Assembly (NCBI GenBank): GCA_973895155.1 | Contig: OZ316897.1 | Span: forward strand, 14,755,375-14,819,374 | Source: Marsupella aquatica | Taxonomy: Eukaryota > Plantae > Marchantiophyta | Direction: 5' to 3' | DNA length: 64,000 nucleotides | In this document: in pieces, positions 1-12,698 of the stretch | How positions within the stretch are numbered: the stretch's first letter is position 1 | Layout: each line of letters opens with the position of its first letter | The notes under the pieces: model-generated | Database searches by the model: none | The model's input: only the letters and a program-made list of their open reading frames with translations | Told to the model about the DNA's origin: nothing | Translations under genes and position numbers: made by a program

Positions 1-816
1 TTTTTAGTTTGTGGCTCAATTATAGTGCTTTAGTTTAGCTCTTTTATGATTGTTGGGACTCTTGGGCTTTTTGTTTCTAGTTTGGTCATATCATTCATAG
101 GGTTTCCAGTTGTTCTTTTTTTTCTTTTTTCTTTTTTCCCTCCCCTTTATTGGGTCTCTTGTCTCCCAGTTTGGTGCATTTTTTCCTCAACACTATGATA
201 GAGAAAGTTTCCTCACTCAGTTGTGTGTTCCTTTTGCGTGGGCCTTCCTCATAGAGGAAATAATTATATGAAAGCAGACAGGCTCTTAGACATAGACCTA
301 TTCTTGTTTTTAAATCTGCTGCAGATATTATTTTATTTATTGAACAAAGGGCAAACCCAGTCTTAAGACCTCCATCGCACAACTGGTGGAAAGTTCTTGG
401 AAGGAGGAAGACCCCCAACTTTTATAAATTTAGATTCAAATGGAATGAAATCTAGACCCTGAAATTTCACTTTCAACTACTTTTGGTATGGGTAGTTTTT
501 CACCGAGGGCAGTGAAAGCCTCCTTTCTCTATTATTTTGCAGCTTTTAATTACTCACCTAGTCTACTATAGTAGCTGGGAATTACTTACCCCTGAATTAA
601 GGGATTTGGTTGTATCCAATAGGTTTAAAGAGCCACTAGCATTCCATTTCACCATGTTTAGTATTTTTTCCTGAAATTGAGGAGCAAAGCTTCATTTTAG
701 AGCAGAGGAATGAAAAAAAAGAGAAATCTTGTACACTTGTCCTTGTATATGGCCAGTGCTGGCTTGTTAACTAAGTGGCCAAACTATATATGCTGAAAAT
801 AAGCCTTTTCCTGCAG

Positions 817-882
817 TTGCGAACCCGTGCTCCAGGTCACAATGCAATTGGAATTGACTTGCCAGTTCAGCACAAAATACGG
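817..882 (+). other. Candidate isolated 66-bp exon (LRTRAPGHNAIGIDLPVQHKIR) of an unidentified gene or pseudogene
   Basis: Flanked by a strong acceptor (ttttcctgcag) and donor (gtgagt), with an open 22-codon frame. No homology recognised. Confidence 0.25.
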
Positions 883-904
883 GTGAGTAGTCAAAAAGAT
901 TAAT

Positions 905-1745
905 CTCAATTCTGATTGGTTTCCTGACAGGCAGTCCCTTGGTAATACTATGCTGTAGATTGTAGATGTCCGTAAAGGCCTAAGCTGGATGCTACTGTAG
1001 CTGCAACCTTCGCCAAATACAGCATATTAAAAAAACAATGTATTCACTGCTCCTTGCTAATACTATGCAGTAGATGCCTAAGCTGGCTGCAACCTTAGCC
1101 AAATACAGCAACAAAAAATGACTATTTAGCTATAGTAAAAAAGCTACAGCTCAATTGCTATTGGGGTTTTTCATTGCTCCTTGCTAATAATATGCAGTAG
1201 ATGTCGTAAAGGCCCATGCTGGACGCTAGCAGCAGCCTTCGCCAAATGCACCATATTAAAAAGAAAAAAACAGGTGGTGGATCTATTAAAAAACACAGCT
1301 CAAGTTTATTGGTTTTCTCACTGGCCTTTGCTAATAGTATGCAAGAGATCCCTGTAAAGGCCTAAGCTGGATGCTACGGTAGCTGCAACCTTTCGCCAAT
1401 GCAACATATAAAAGAAAATAGAGAGGGCTCCATGCATAAACTGAGCTCAAGTGGCATTGGATTTCTCACTGTCCCTTGCTAATAATATTCAGTCGATGTA
1501 GTAAAGGCCTCGGCTGGACGCTAGCTGCAACCTTCGCAAATACAGCATATATATATTTATATAAGTTCTGTCTGGGCTCCATTAAGACACTGCAGCTCAA
1601 GCGTTATTGGTTTTCTCACGGTTCCTTGCTAATAATACGCACTAGATGTCCGTAAAGGCCTATGGTGGATGCTAGCTGCAACCTTCGCCAAATACAGCAT
1701 ATTATTAAAACAGTATTGGATGTATAAAAAAAACAGCTTAAGTGT
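905..1745. repeat. Degenerate tandem array, ~6 units of ~110-150 bp
   Basis: Recurrent block ccttgctaataNtatgcagtagatgtccgtaaaggcctaagctggatgctagctgcaaccttcgccaaatacagcatatt at ~937, 1052, 1179, 1325, 1474 and 1624. Confidence 0.9.
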
Positions 1746-2491
1746 GATTGTTTACTAAATTCCCCTCCCGATAATTCCATAAAGGTCCAAATTGGACTCC
1801 AAACAAGCCTTTTGGGAGCAAGATCCATCCACCAATATGATTTGCCATTCCAGCTTGAAACACGGTGAATGCCTGTATCAGCAACTTCATCTGAGGTTTG
1901 ATTGGGTTTCCCAAGTTTTCCACCTGGTAGTACGCTGTATAAATATATCCATGCGTAATGGCTAGAGCCAGATGCTAACGTGACCTTGATTTGAGAGGGT
2001 TTGAAGTCAATTTTTTATTGGTTTGCTCAAGTTTCCTCCTAATAATACCCTCTTCATTCAACTCTACATGCACCCCTAAAGACGTGGTTTCCGGTAAATA
2101 GGTTTTAAACACAGGTTTTGGCTAAATCCCAGAAGTAAATTGAACAAAAGTTTTGATTGGGAAAATTAAAATGATTACCTGCTGAAAGTCTGGAGGCAAG
2201 TTAAAATAACTTTGGTTGGCAGTTAAAATAACCTGATTGTGAAGGAAGATTCGCCAACCAAGTTATTGCTTCCAGACTTGAGGAGGTAGTCATTTTAATT
2301 TTCCCACTAGCCAGTTACAAGAGCAACAAGAAACACACACACTGGTTATACCTTTAATTTTCACGATAACAAGTTACAAGAGCAATAAAGGCAACCAGGA
2401 AAGACACACGCTAGTCTTCCCCTATCCACAATAATAAGCTTCATGTTTTCATGTCATTTTAGAGGGGGGTGGACGGCAGAATCAAACACGG

Positions 2492-2745
2492 AGACGGCAT
2501 GTCAGAACTCTGAATACCGTCAAAGAAAAGGAAGACGGCATGTCAGAACCGCGGCTGATACCGTCTGAAATACGACGGCATGGGGAACGGAAGACGGCAT
2601 GTCAGAGCCGGGTTGCTACAGTCCGGAATGTGACGGTAGAGTCGATCGAAGGAAAGACGGCATGTCAGAGGTCCGGAATGCTACCGTCTGGAATATCACG
2701 GTAGCGGCAACAGCAGACAAGGAGCACGACTGCCTTGTCAGAACG
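2492..2745. repeat. Irregularly spaced short direct repeats (AGACGGCATGTCAGA)
   Basis: Motif at ~2492, 2533, 2593 and 2656, plus partial copies. Spacers contain the complementary TACCGTC. Confidence 0.8.
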
Positions 2746-5690
2746 GTCGCTCCGCAATAATTAAGGGGGGCGTTTCCTTTGGTTTGGTCCGTTTGGAGAA
2801 ACGTGCACTGCTGCTGCTGCTGGGAATGGAATTTCGGGAATGCAATTTGGCTACAGGAGTGTCAAATGGGGTCAGAATCGACGGCTATCCTGTCTGCAGT
2901 GTATGCTCTGGGGATTTCCCGGACCGTAGACTCGCTCGCATGTCTTAATTAACGAGGAGCCATTTCAGCTGACATGTCACACTGCCTCTGAGACATGAGG
3001 GCAGCTGAGCTGATTCGGGCAGGTCTGGAGCATGGGCTAAACTTTTAAGGGATTTGTTTTTGGGGCACGATGGCGAATGTTCCTTATCTAATTTTCCTGG
3101 ATCAGTTTTTTTGGCAGATAGATCGCCCAAGATTTAAGGATAAGTGTCAGATTTTAGATAATGGGGTGTATGGCTACATTGGAAACCGGGCAGTCCAAGA
3201 CAAAAAACCTGAGGATTTTTTTGTGAACAAGGGCAGAGACTGTTCACTGAGGTGGAATGTGGCTAAATTGAGTCATTAAAGAAAATTCCCTGGAATCTGG
3301 AGGGGGAGGCTTCCAGCTTTGGAAGCATACGAGATGACAGTTTTTTGGGTTGAAAATTGAGATGACCGTATTGTTATTATAGAAGTGGATCTCGGATAGT
3401 CGACTGCCAAGAGGTGAAGTTGAACTCTCTTGTTCTTGTGTTATTACCACCTACTTTACCAAGCTTGTATTACCACCTAGTTTACCAAGCTTGTCAGCTC
3501 ATGCATTTTAATTTTAATAGGAATCAGAGATTAATTTTCAGAAATAGTAGTCTTATATCCTGAAATTGGACATTAAAGAAATGGATTGATATGGCCAGAG
3601 CTAAATATTACAGACTAAGAGTTAATGTCACAGAAGCAACACTTCTTATATCTGGATCACATGGGAATACCACTCAAACAATTGTAGCTGACTTCTTGGA
3701 TTGGCTCAGTACAATTTTTAATTGAGGTCACGGTAACTCTGCCTTGAAAAAGAAGTCCAATATCCTCACAAGTGGATCAAATCACTATTCTTCAACACCA
3801 TTGAACGAGGGAGCTGCCATCAATCATAAAATTCACTATACAAGAAAAGGCAAGATTGAGATCCATTTATTTTATTTCACCTTTGCAAAAGCCAGCATGG
3901 AAAGGATGGCTTATCAATTCTCACAAGACTTGTGGGAGTGATCTAAGCAGACTATCTTCTTTCTCTCCCCTTCATTGGGTTGTTTTGCCAGTGGGATCCT
4001 GCCTCCCTGTTTGACATTTTTGTCCTTTGGCACTGTGATATATATCTTCTCGGGTATCTTCTAGTATAAAGTTGTGAGTTTTTGTCTAAACAATTATTTT
4101 TTAAGAAATATAGACCTGTGCATGTTTGGGTGTTGCCCTTCCTGGCCACTTTGGCCTCTTCGGTGGTTTGTGCTTGCTTTAAAGTGGTTCCCCATTCTCA
4201 TGGGATTGGCCTTTGTACTTTATCACTGTGGTTGATGGACACTGAGCCATCTTTGCCTTTCAGGCACCGTACGTCAGTCGTCAATTTGCAATAAAATGTT
4301 ATTATAACTCAAAGAAACACATGTTTGCCTGGAAGAGACCAGGGAAAGTGTCAACAACGCTTTCTTTAATATTCTGGTGATAAGTGTCCAGTATAGGAAG
4401 TTATTCTTGCATGGAGTGCAATGTTTGACCTCAGACAGGAGGGACCAAACACTTTTTGACACCAAAGAAATGTGAACATTTGCACGTAAAAAAAAAAAGT
4501 GTCTATCTATGTAAAATATCATGTTTGAAAGTGGTGTATAGAACGACTAGCACCTATTAATCCAAATATCTTGTCAACTGTAATGGTCTAGTATTAGGGC
4601 ATCAATTTCAGGTAATAAGATGCCTAACCAATACTTAGTCTCAAGTTTCATAGTTTCATCTCTTTGGACTATTGGTTTTTGGCCACGTACAAAGGCACAC
4701 GCTAGTAACATTTTCCCCAGGACTTGCAAAAGTTAATTTTTTTTAGAGTTTTTCACTGGCCTCTACAGATGACCATTCGTTGTTTTTTGTCCAGGTACAT
4801 CAAGTTTTGAGGTTTGAGACCCCAACAAAAAGGCTTTCCAGTGCAATCATGAATTTGTCCAGGTACAGCAAGCTTGACACCCTAACATCAAAATTTGGCA
4901 GTACAATCATGGTCTACTCGTGCTTGATTGCTTTACTATGCTATGTGTAGCAGTTCGTTTGTCTTAGAATTTAGAAAGGTACCTATGCATGGACCGCCTC
5001 AGAAGGAGAGCGCTCTCCAGTCTCCTGTCTCCAGCCATCCCTTTTTTTCCTCCTCGAATGGAGCAGGGTGCTTGATTTTGGTTGGCACCACCTCCTCGTG
5101 AAGAGTTTTGTTTTATACGAAAATTTCAGAAGGCCTAGGCTACCCTAGCGAGGCGGCACCATCTCCAGGCTAGAAAGTAGAAATCAGAACGAAATGTGTT
5201 TTCCCTGAGAGGAGAACGTACCCACATTGAGAATCATTCTGTCATCCTAGACACGAGGCAACGTTCATACGGTGCTGTAGAGTGTAGACCTGCTGCCGTG
5301 AACGTTGACAATAGAACCCATTCGTCCATGAATGAAGGAAAAGTATGGAAATTGCCAAAACTCACTTTAGTACAGTAGAGCTCGCTTTTAAAATGCATAG
5401 GTTGTTAAAGTCCTCGCGGTCCAATGCTGACTCGAGATAAATGTTGACGAACTTTAAGGTACATCTGCACATCCTATCCAACTGGTAAGAGTACGGAAGG
5501 AAGGGCTGCGAATGGGAAGGCAGAGAGAGATTCTGAAAGTATGCAACTACAATAAAAATATGAATGTGTGGTCTGCATGACTGCTGTAGAAGAATTTTTT
5601 ATAGCTTTGAATGTCGACGTCCTCAAGGATGTATGCCTTTTTTTTAACCACGTTTGGTGACTTCCTCGGGATTTGACGATCTTCAGTAGT

Positions 5691-5884
5691 AGTAAAGTAC
5701 TGCAGTTGCATGAATTCCCGCGAGATGTCATGAGTTCCTTGCCTTGGAAAATTTCGCGTGAATTACATTACGTAAGCTTTGGACCTGACGGTTTCCAGTA
5801 AAGTACTGTAGTTGCGTGAATGCTCGCGAGATGACGTGATTTCTTTGCTTTGCAAAATTTCACATGAATTACATTACGGAAGCA
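5691..5884. repeat. Two-copy tandem duplication, ~106-bp period
   Basis: agtaaagtactg...gaattacattacgNaagc at 5691 and 5797. Confidence 0.8.
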
Positions 5885-6882
5885 GCAGGATACAGTGGAG
5901 TGGATGACAGTAGACTGTGACCAGAGGCGACTTCTCACGAGAAAAAATTCAACACGGCGTACTAATAACAGCAGGCGAGCTGAAGAGGGGGAGCACTAAA
6001 GCTGGCATAGTGCTTGGAAGATGTGGACAGGCCGGGCTAGCTGCAGATGAGGTCGAGATCAAGCTCTCCACATTCACCATCTCTCTTCAATCCCCCTCCT
6101 CAACTCGACTGGACTGGTCTCCTACTGGCCTTGTAAGGAGACAAAAGCTGCTGCTGTCTTAGATATCAGTTGCCGAGATGTGTTGTGGCCAAAAGAGTAC
6201 ACATCCAAACTCTAATCCATCTGGCCGTCATCTGGTCTATATTGATCTACTCTGATGGGAATCAGTAGATGGATTATTCCATTCTACATCGCAACTTGCT
6301 GTATGATCTTCTACTGACCTGTGTGACCTGTTTGCTCGCTCCAAGTCGCTCCGTCGCCATGGCTAGCTACTACTGTAGCCAGCCAACGGTGGCGGGCATG
6401 CAACGCGTGGACAAGATGGAAGGCTGACGGCAAACCCTGGAGCAAGTGCTGGGACCCAAAATACTGACTGAGCTCTCAGCCAGCTCTCATACGACTACGA
6501 GTCGATGACATTCTGGAGAAGGTGTGACCCCGGTGAAATGAGGTGTCGAAAACTCCAAGCTTATCTATCACCTTTGCATCCTGAGCGAGTCGGCTTGCTG
6601 GCATTCTCCTTTGCTAGGAAGAACTTGTTAATCCGATAATCATCAGTCGGTCCACCCATAGGGCTTCCTTTTTGAGGGCCCCGCTGTATGATGCTATTGC
6701 ACTGAAGTTTTCAAAAGCATACGAAAAGAACTGGGAAGTCAGGTCATGGTGTGTATTATTTTGCCACAGACTAGCTCTTAGGGTCTTTTCGTCGTCTCGC
6801 GAAACTTGCACTCCTTTGCACAGTAGTACATCCGCTACCTCCCTCGTTTCCCTCGTTTCTGGGTCTTACAAGTTCGTGCAGT

Positions 6883-6972
6883 CTTGAAGATTGAACATTG
6901 CTGATTCTTCACAAACAGTGAAGCGGAATGTGCAACCTTGAAGATTGAACATTGCTGATCCGTCACAAACGG
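6883..6972. repeat. 54-bp tandem duplication
   Basis: cttgaagattgaacattgctgatYcKtcacaaac occurs twice, with a partial third copy near 7001. Confidence 0.75.
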
Positions 6973-8091
6973 CAGAGGACTAGAGCGAATTCGGTTCGCA
7001 GATTGAACATTCCCGTCACTTTGCATATCAACAGTAACTGAGGAATGTCGTATCTTTGGACGCTTTGTTAATCCTCCATAATCGAATATTAGACTGAAAA
7101 CAAGGTAACCACGACTGTGGACTGCTGCATCACATCCTCTCTGCGGCTGCGTTATGACCCAAAACGACAATACCATCTTGTCGCCACACGGATGTTAATC
7201 ATCATGACCTTTACGAGCCGAGCTCCATGGAATCGATGGCGCTTGCTTTGGGACTTGGGAGTCAGCGAATTTTGTCCTGTTAGCATTGGCTCACTATGTT
7301 AATCCACTTTTTCCCTAACAAAGTCGTGAAGTCATGACGAGCGAGCTTGTTCTTCTATTGGGGGTTGACTTTGGCAATTTGAAAACAGCTTCGATACTGT
7401 GGTCCGAATCACTTTCTCCTAACTGTCGAAACTTAATTTCGGGTCCCAATATCTCAGGAAGTTCTGTGGTCCGAAGCACCTTCTCCTACTTGTCAAAGCT
7501 TAATTTCGGGTCCCAATATCAGAGGAAGCTCGTTGGATTGTTCAGGGTTGACTTGAGACAAATAAATGCGCTCTCAATTCTTAAAACGGAATCTTCAAAT
7601 ATCCAACTTGCCTCAACCACCTCCTTTGGTGGTGCGTTGAGTGCTTCGGAGTTCGGAGGGCCAGAAATTGAACAGGAATCTATCCTAAGTTCGCTAATCA
7701 CGCACTGCGTTTGTCTTATTTTGTGGGGATGCCTTGACAGGGGGCGAGCACTCCGTCAGTGCCTCGTCCACATCCAGTAGGATTCCACCAGCAGCAGCTC
7801 CAGTAGTTGTTTCACAAATCCTCGAGGCCCGGCTATTTTCTGCCAAGCCATGTCCTTCGACACTTGCTGCCCCCCTCTTTCTGCTCGAGCATTTATCAAG
7901 CGCAGCCCAATTCATCAATTCTTGCTGCTGGAAAACAGTTGCAAGACGAGTGCGTGCGTGACCAGTCCTGTGCCCAATTCCAATAAATTGCCAGCCCACT
8001 CTTTCAGCCCCCCTCCAGAATGATCCTATCAATGGAGTACTGTCCTGGGCAGTTATGTATATCACTCCTTAATCACAGAGATGTGGTAATA

Positions 8092-8125
8092 TATGGTGTG
8101 CACTCACCCATGTAAAGAAAATAGG

Positions 8126-8161
<36 letters not shown>

Positions 8162-8222
8162 TGTGCACTCATTCACCCATGTAAAGAAAATAATTTATAT
8201 AATTATGGTGTGCACTCACTCA
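8092..8222. repeat. (TA)n microsatellite embedded in a triplicated ATGGTGTGCACTCA(CCCATGTAAAGAAAAT) motif
   Basis: Seen directly; the TA run spans ~8128-8159. Confidence 0.85.
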
Positions 8223-9914
8223 CTGATTTAAAGAAACTAACACATTTATCATGATACACACATCAAAATGTGATAATATATGGTTTCCATTCATTAATTT
8301 AAAGAAAATAACCTGTTTGTCAAGGTATGAGTGTACACCATATATGTCATATTTTGATGTGCTCTTAGATGTCACTTGGAGTTCCGGAAAGTAAGGTTCT
8401 ACAACGTACATGCTCTTTTGCCTTGAAATGTCCAATTGAATTCCATTCCATCCAGCCAGTTTTCTACATGCCTCTATATTCTCTTTTTCATTGACACTGT
8501 CTTGGTTACCCTTTTCAATGTGCAAACAGAGATGAAACAAGATCTATCCCTATTTTCCTACACCTTTGCCCCCATGTTTGTTTTAATATACTGAAAGTTT
8601 GTTTGATTAGTTTAATCTTAATCTAGAATTATAATCTAGGGGCTTCACTCTAGAAGTATGTAAACCCCATTTCTGACTTCTGTTCACTATAAGTTATATA
8701 CTGTAGATAAAATTTGTTACCTGGCTCTTGTGTACCTAGAACCAGTCTACTATGAACAATGGGGCAAATTACTTGGTGATACCCTCAATAGTTTCATAGA
8801 CCTAAATGGGCTTTGTCCCCTTCTTCCAAATTTTACTTTTTTTAAATAGTTTCATAGACCTAAATCACCCCACAACTTCTTGTTTTACTTGGTGCATCCC
8901 TTCAGAGCACTTTTTAGCTGGGAATGCAAAAGATATTAGGGTGACGACTGGGCTAGCAGGGCGTGGTGCTGTGAAGGTGGGGCCATGCTAATGAGAGCTG
9001 GGGTCTTCTCCGGCTGACACTCCTAAATCTGTTTCTTATCATGCCCTCCAACCACGCCAAAGTACTCTGAAAAGTGTCCAATTCAATGAGTCTTGTCCCA
9101 AGTGGCACCCCAACTGAAAAAAAATGAGTTGCGGGTCAGTTTAAGCCTGTGAAGTTAATTAAGGTAATCACCAGTTAACTTTATCACTGTGGAAAAACCT
9201 GTAAATCCAAAATATATGTTTTCTTACTATTTTAACTGGAAATATATTTTAAATTAATATGAGCTGTTCAAACGTATCAATAATTTAATAAATTTAATAA
9301 CAATCAAGAAGCCATTTAACATTCAAAATTCTACTACTTATAGAATATTTGCATAGTTTAATCGAGTGAGAATGGACAAGGAGCCGCCATTGATGAGCCT
9401 TCAAATTGGCTTTCATCCTGGACGAGTGGACGTCAAGGGAAGAAATTTACATTTCACTAACACAGTAGGGCCACAATCCGTACTTTTTTGTATTATCCTT
9501 CACAATAATTATAGTGTCATGGAAAGGAACCCCACTACTGACACAGTAAAACAATTGGTGAGGTCTGGCAGTGTTTGATCGAATCATATATAAAGACAAA
9601 AGGGAATGAAAGAAACACACAAATAGGTAGCTTCCAGTGCACGGTAACTCAGGCATAACGCGAGGGGCGAGGTGGAGGAACGAGTCTCTAATTTTTTAAT
9701 TTTTTATGCTTTTCGAGAAGTAGCTCTTTTAATAAGGATTCGGTCTCTCGGCAAAGATGTCCATTCAAACAACGCCCTTAGAGGGGGGTTCCATGGAGGT
9801 CGTAGCTAGGAGTGCCCGGCCACAACGCCTCCTGACACCAACAACGCAGGACTTGGTTGGGCTGGCCAGGCCACAGTTGCATGGAGTGACTGCGGGCTGC
9901 TCCCCGCCCCTTGC

Positions 9915-11309
9915 CCCCAATCCATCACCAACTGACCACCATGCCCCCAGGACATGCTCATGGCCCAAATAACATACATTGTCTTAAAGCTTATCCCAAG
10001 CTTGCCCCAACACGTCGGGACCAGAATGGCCCCGACTCTAGCAACCAACTCCCGGTTCTCACCCCACTGATGACCTAGGGGCCAAGTGCACTAGTAACTC
10101 AACCTCCATACTTACTTGGTCTTGCCTCCCCAACGCAAGCTCCCTTGGGATACTAAACGTTGTTTGGCTGCTATTTCGGTAGGATTTGGCAAGCGGGCGA
10201 GATAGCCCCCACAAACCCCAAGAATCCATGGCACCCCTAGATTCATCTGAGCTTAGGATATGTAGTCCTCCTTGAGAGCTTTCCAACGCACCCAATAAGT
10301 CCTCCAACGGGCTTTCGGTTGGGAAGTTATTGCCGCTTCTGTTTGACGTTTTCCCTTAGTGTCACGACCGCCGCGGCTCACAACTTCGGCTCGCCCTTAG
10401 CCCCCAGGGAGACACCACTTCCCTCATATATGCTTCTGGAGACCTGCCACCCTCGGACCTACTTTGGTCCTCGGGGGTATCACTGTATGGACGCCTCCCC
10501 GTCACTTGCAACGTTTTTAGGCCTTGGACCCCCTAAAATGTAAGAATTTTCTAATTTTTCAACCCCTATAAAGTTGTAATATTCCAAAAAATTAGTTATA
10601 AGGACACTAATGTTCTTATAAGTCTCAAAATTGTATTTAAAAGACCCTATTGTTCTTCTCAAAAAATTCTAAAGTCTTCCCTTCGAACCAATAAAATGAC
10701 CCTATACTTTGTCACACGTGATATGCCATTTTTGTGGAAGTGAAACCCCCGAGCTTTGGTCCCCAAATTTTGGCCCCCCACCTGGACCCCAACCCGCATG
10801 TTTGGGTGCGCCACCAACTGGCTATGCCCATAACTTTCTAGTTAGGTCTCCGTAAGCAGAGTGCCTTAGCCTGTTGTGATTGGGCCGACCCAGTGCTCAT
10901 GCCTAGGCCTTTAGAACCCGTCATTTACCGGGACCCCCGATTGGCCAAACCCGGATCGTGTCATAACTCATGCCCCAAGCGTCTGTTGCCCATGGAGTAA
11001 ACTCTATTTGCCTTGGGCCCAAGAGGAGCTCTCAGTCAAGCCCTCAGAACTCAAGGTCCGTCCAAGGTCCGGACGGTTAACCTTGAGTCCGGCCCTTTCC
11101 CAAGACCCGACCAACCCTCAGCTAGTCTAAGTCCTTAGTGTGTGTCACCAGCTTAGCACCTTGCCTTTGCTAGTGCCACACCCCATTGCCCCATGCTAAG
11201 TCCTCGGGCCCGGATGGCCGTTCCGAGCCCGGACCATAGGGGAGATTGACGTCAAAGTCAGCAACGCCGGAGCTAGCGCTAAGTGTTAAGGTAGTTGAGT
11301 TTCGCAACT
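9915..11309 (-). mobile_element. 3'-truncated LTR of the AGT...ACT chromovirus family
   Basis: Reverse complement starts AGTTGCGAAACTCAACTACCTTAACACTTAGC and is collinear with 12699-14090. Similarity is lost near 9915. Contains a MITE. Confidence 0.9.
10470..10753 (+). mobile_element. MITE family A, copy 1 (inside an LTR)
   Basis: TIRs CTCGGGGGTATCACT / AGTGAAACCCCCGAG. Perfect 8-bp TSD CTTTGGTC (10462-10469 and 10754-10761). Confidence 0.95.
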
Positions 11310-11310
11310 A

Positions 11311-11740
11311 CAAAGAAGAGTTGCACCTGTCATTTGATGGCTAGAGAAGGCAAGTCTTGCTGCAGCTAAAGAAGGATTTCAAGACAAGTGAGGTTTTCCA
11401 AATTGCTCCTGAGCTATTGATGTCACTCACTTGCCAATTGAATTGCCATTTGGTGCGGACTCCACTCAGATCGAAGGTTGAAAGGGACATGGAAGATTCT
11501 CAGTAGGGTATTGTGGAAGCCTCACATTGAACGACTTGAACCAATGATATTTCTTGTTGTGGTCTCCACAACTTTATATATTATAGATAGGATTGATGGG
11601 CTGCCATCTGTTGTTTGGCAGCACTATCCACCTCACCCGCCAGGCTATGCGGGGTCCTACATTGCAACATGAGAATACATAGAGGGGGACTCAGAAGCTC
11701 GAATGACTTTAATGGACCATATACAATAGTGAGGATTATT
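11311..11740 (+). pseudogene. PIF/Harbinger DDE transposase (DDE_Tnp_4 / ALP1-like) remnant with internal deletion
   Basis: Manual translation gives VI*WLEKASLAAAKEGFQDK*GFPNCS*AIDVTHLPIELP (cf. the family motif GFPNCCGAIDxTH), then RLKGTWKILSRVLWKP and frameshifted SCCGLHNF (cf. CCxLHNF). Confidence 0.8.
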
Positions 11741-12698
11741 AAAAAGGGTTAGTGGGCACTTGGATTGAATGTCTTTTGTTGTATGATGAAGCCATGGCAA
11801 TGTAAATTCTGTTTTTGTGATAGAGTGGTTCTATTTTACATAAAGCCTCCATTGGGGTTCATTTCTATTGTAGTTTGAAGTTCACTCTATTTGTTAAAGT
11901 GTATTTTATTTTGTTCTCTTCTAGGCCTCTAAATGTTCATTTTTTGGTCTCTAAATAATTCTACACTTTTTAACTCACAATGTACACTATATTACAATAC
12001 TCTACACCATAACGGTCAATTGTAAACTTGAGAGACCAAAACAATCTTTACTAGAAACAGTCTAATCATAGTTCATTTACAAACGATGAACATGGTGGTA
12101 GGTCCAATGGCCATCACTTTTGTTGCTGCCCAAATGTACATTTTTTATTGCACAAATCATGTTCAGAAATCAAGAACTAATTGACTTTAAATAATTAGAT
12201 TGACTCTGAAATTTCATTATTGGATATATGCATGGTTTCCATAGTCTGGGCAGATTCTGGGTATGTAGAGAAAATTGTGAATCATCCAACAAAAGAATTT
12301 GGAGAGTTCATCATTTCATTCAAAAGAGCTAGTATATTGAGTTTTCTTACTCAAAACTTACATCAAAATAGTTATGTAGAAATGTACATATTTGGAATCA
12401 AAATTGTGCAGGCTGAATACAAGTTTCACCTACAAAACTTCAAAATAGTTCTGCAAAAGTGAGCACTATGTAAGTGAAAAATTTGTTATGTTTAGAGTAT
12501 ACGTACCCTTGTTTTCTAGCCTTTGCATTTTTGTTGTGGCAAAACTACAGATGTGTAGAATGGATGCCAACAGCCTAGTCCAAAATTATTCACTTCCGAA
12601 ATGACAGTTCACTCTCTCATTCCATCAGCAACATACCTCACAGAGTCGGCTCTTGATGTTGCAAGAGCATTTGCAACATCAATCCCTGTTTGACAGGC

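Noticed and set aside
2492-2745. CRISPR-like repeat/spacer pattern
   Set aside because: Eukaryotic context, 15-bp repeat, unequal and mutually related spacers, and no cas genes.
9761-9780. CAAACAACGCCC-TTA resembling a Tourist/Harbinger TIR with TTA target
   Set aside because: No partner TIR found, and the orientation is wrong to be the left end of the Harbinger remnant at 11311.
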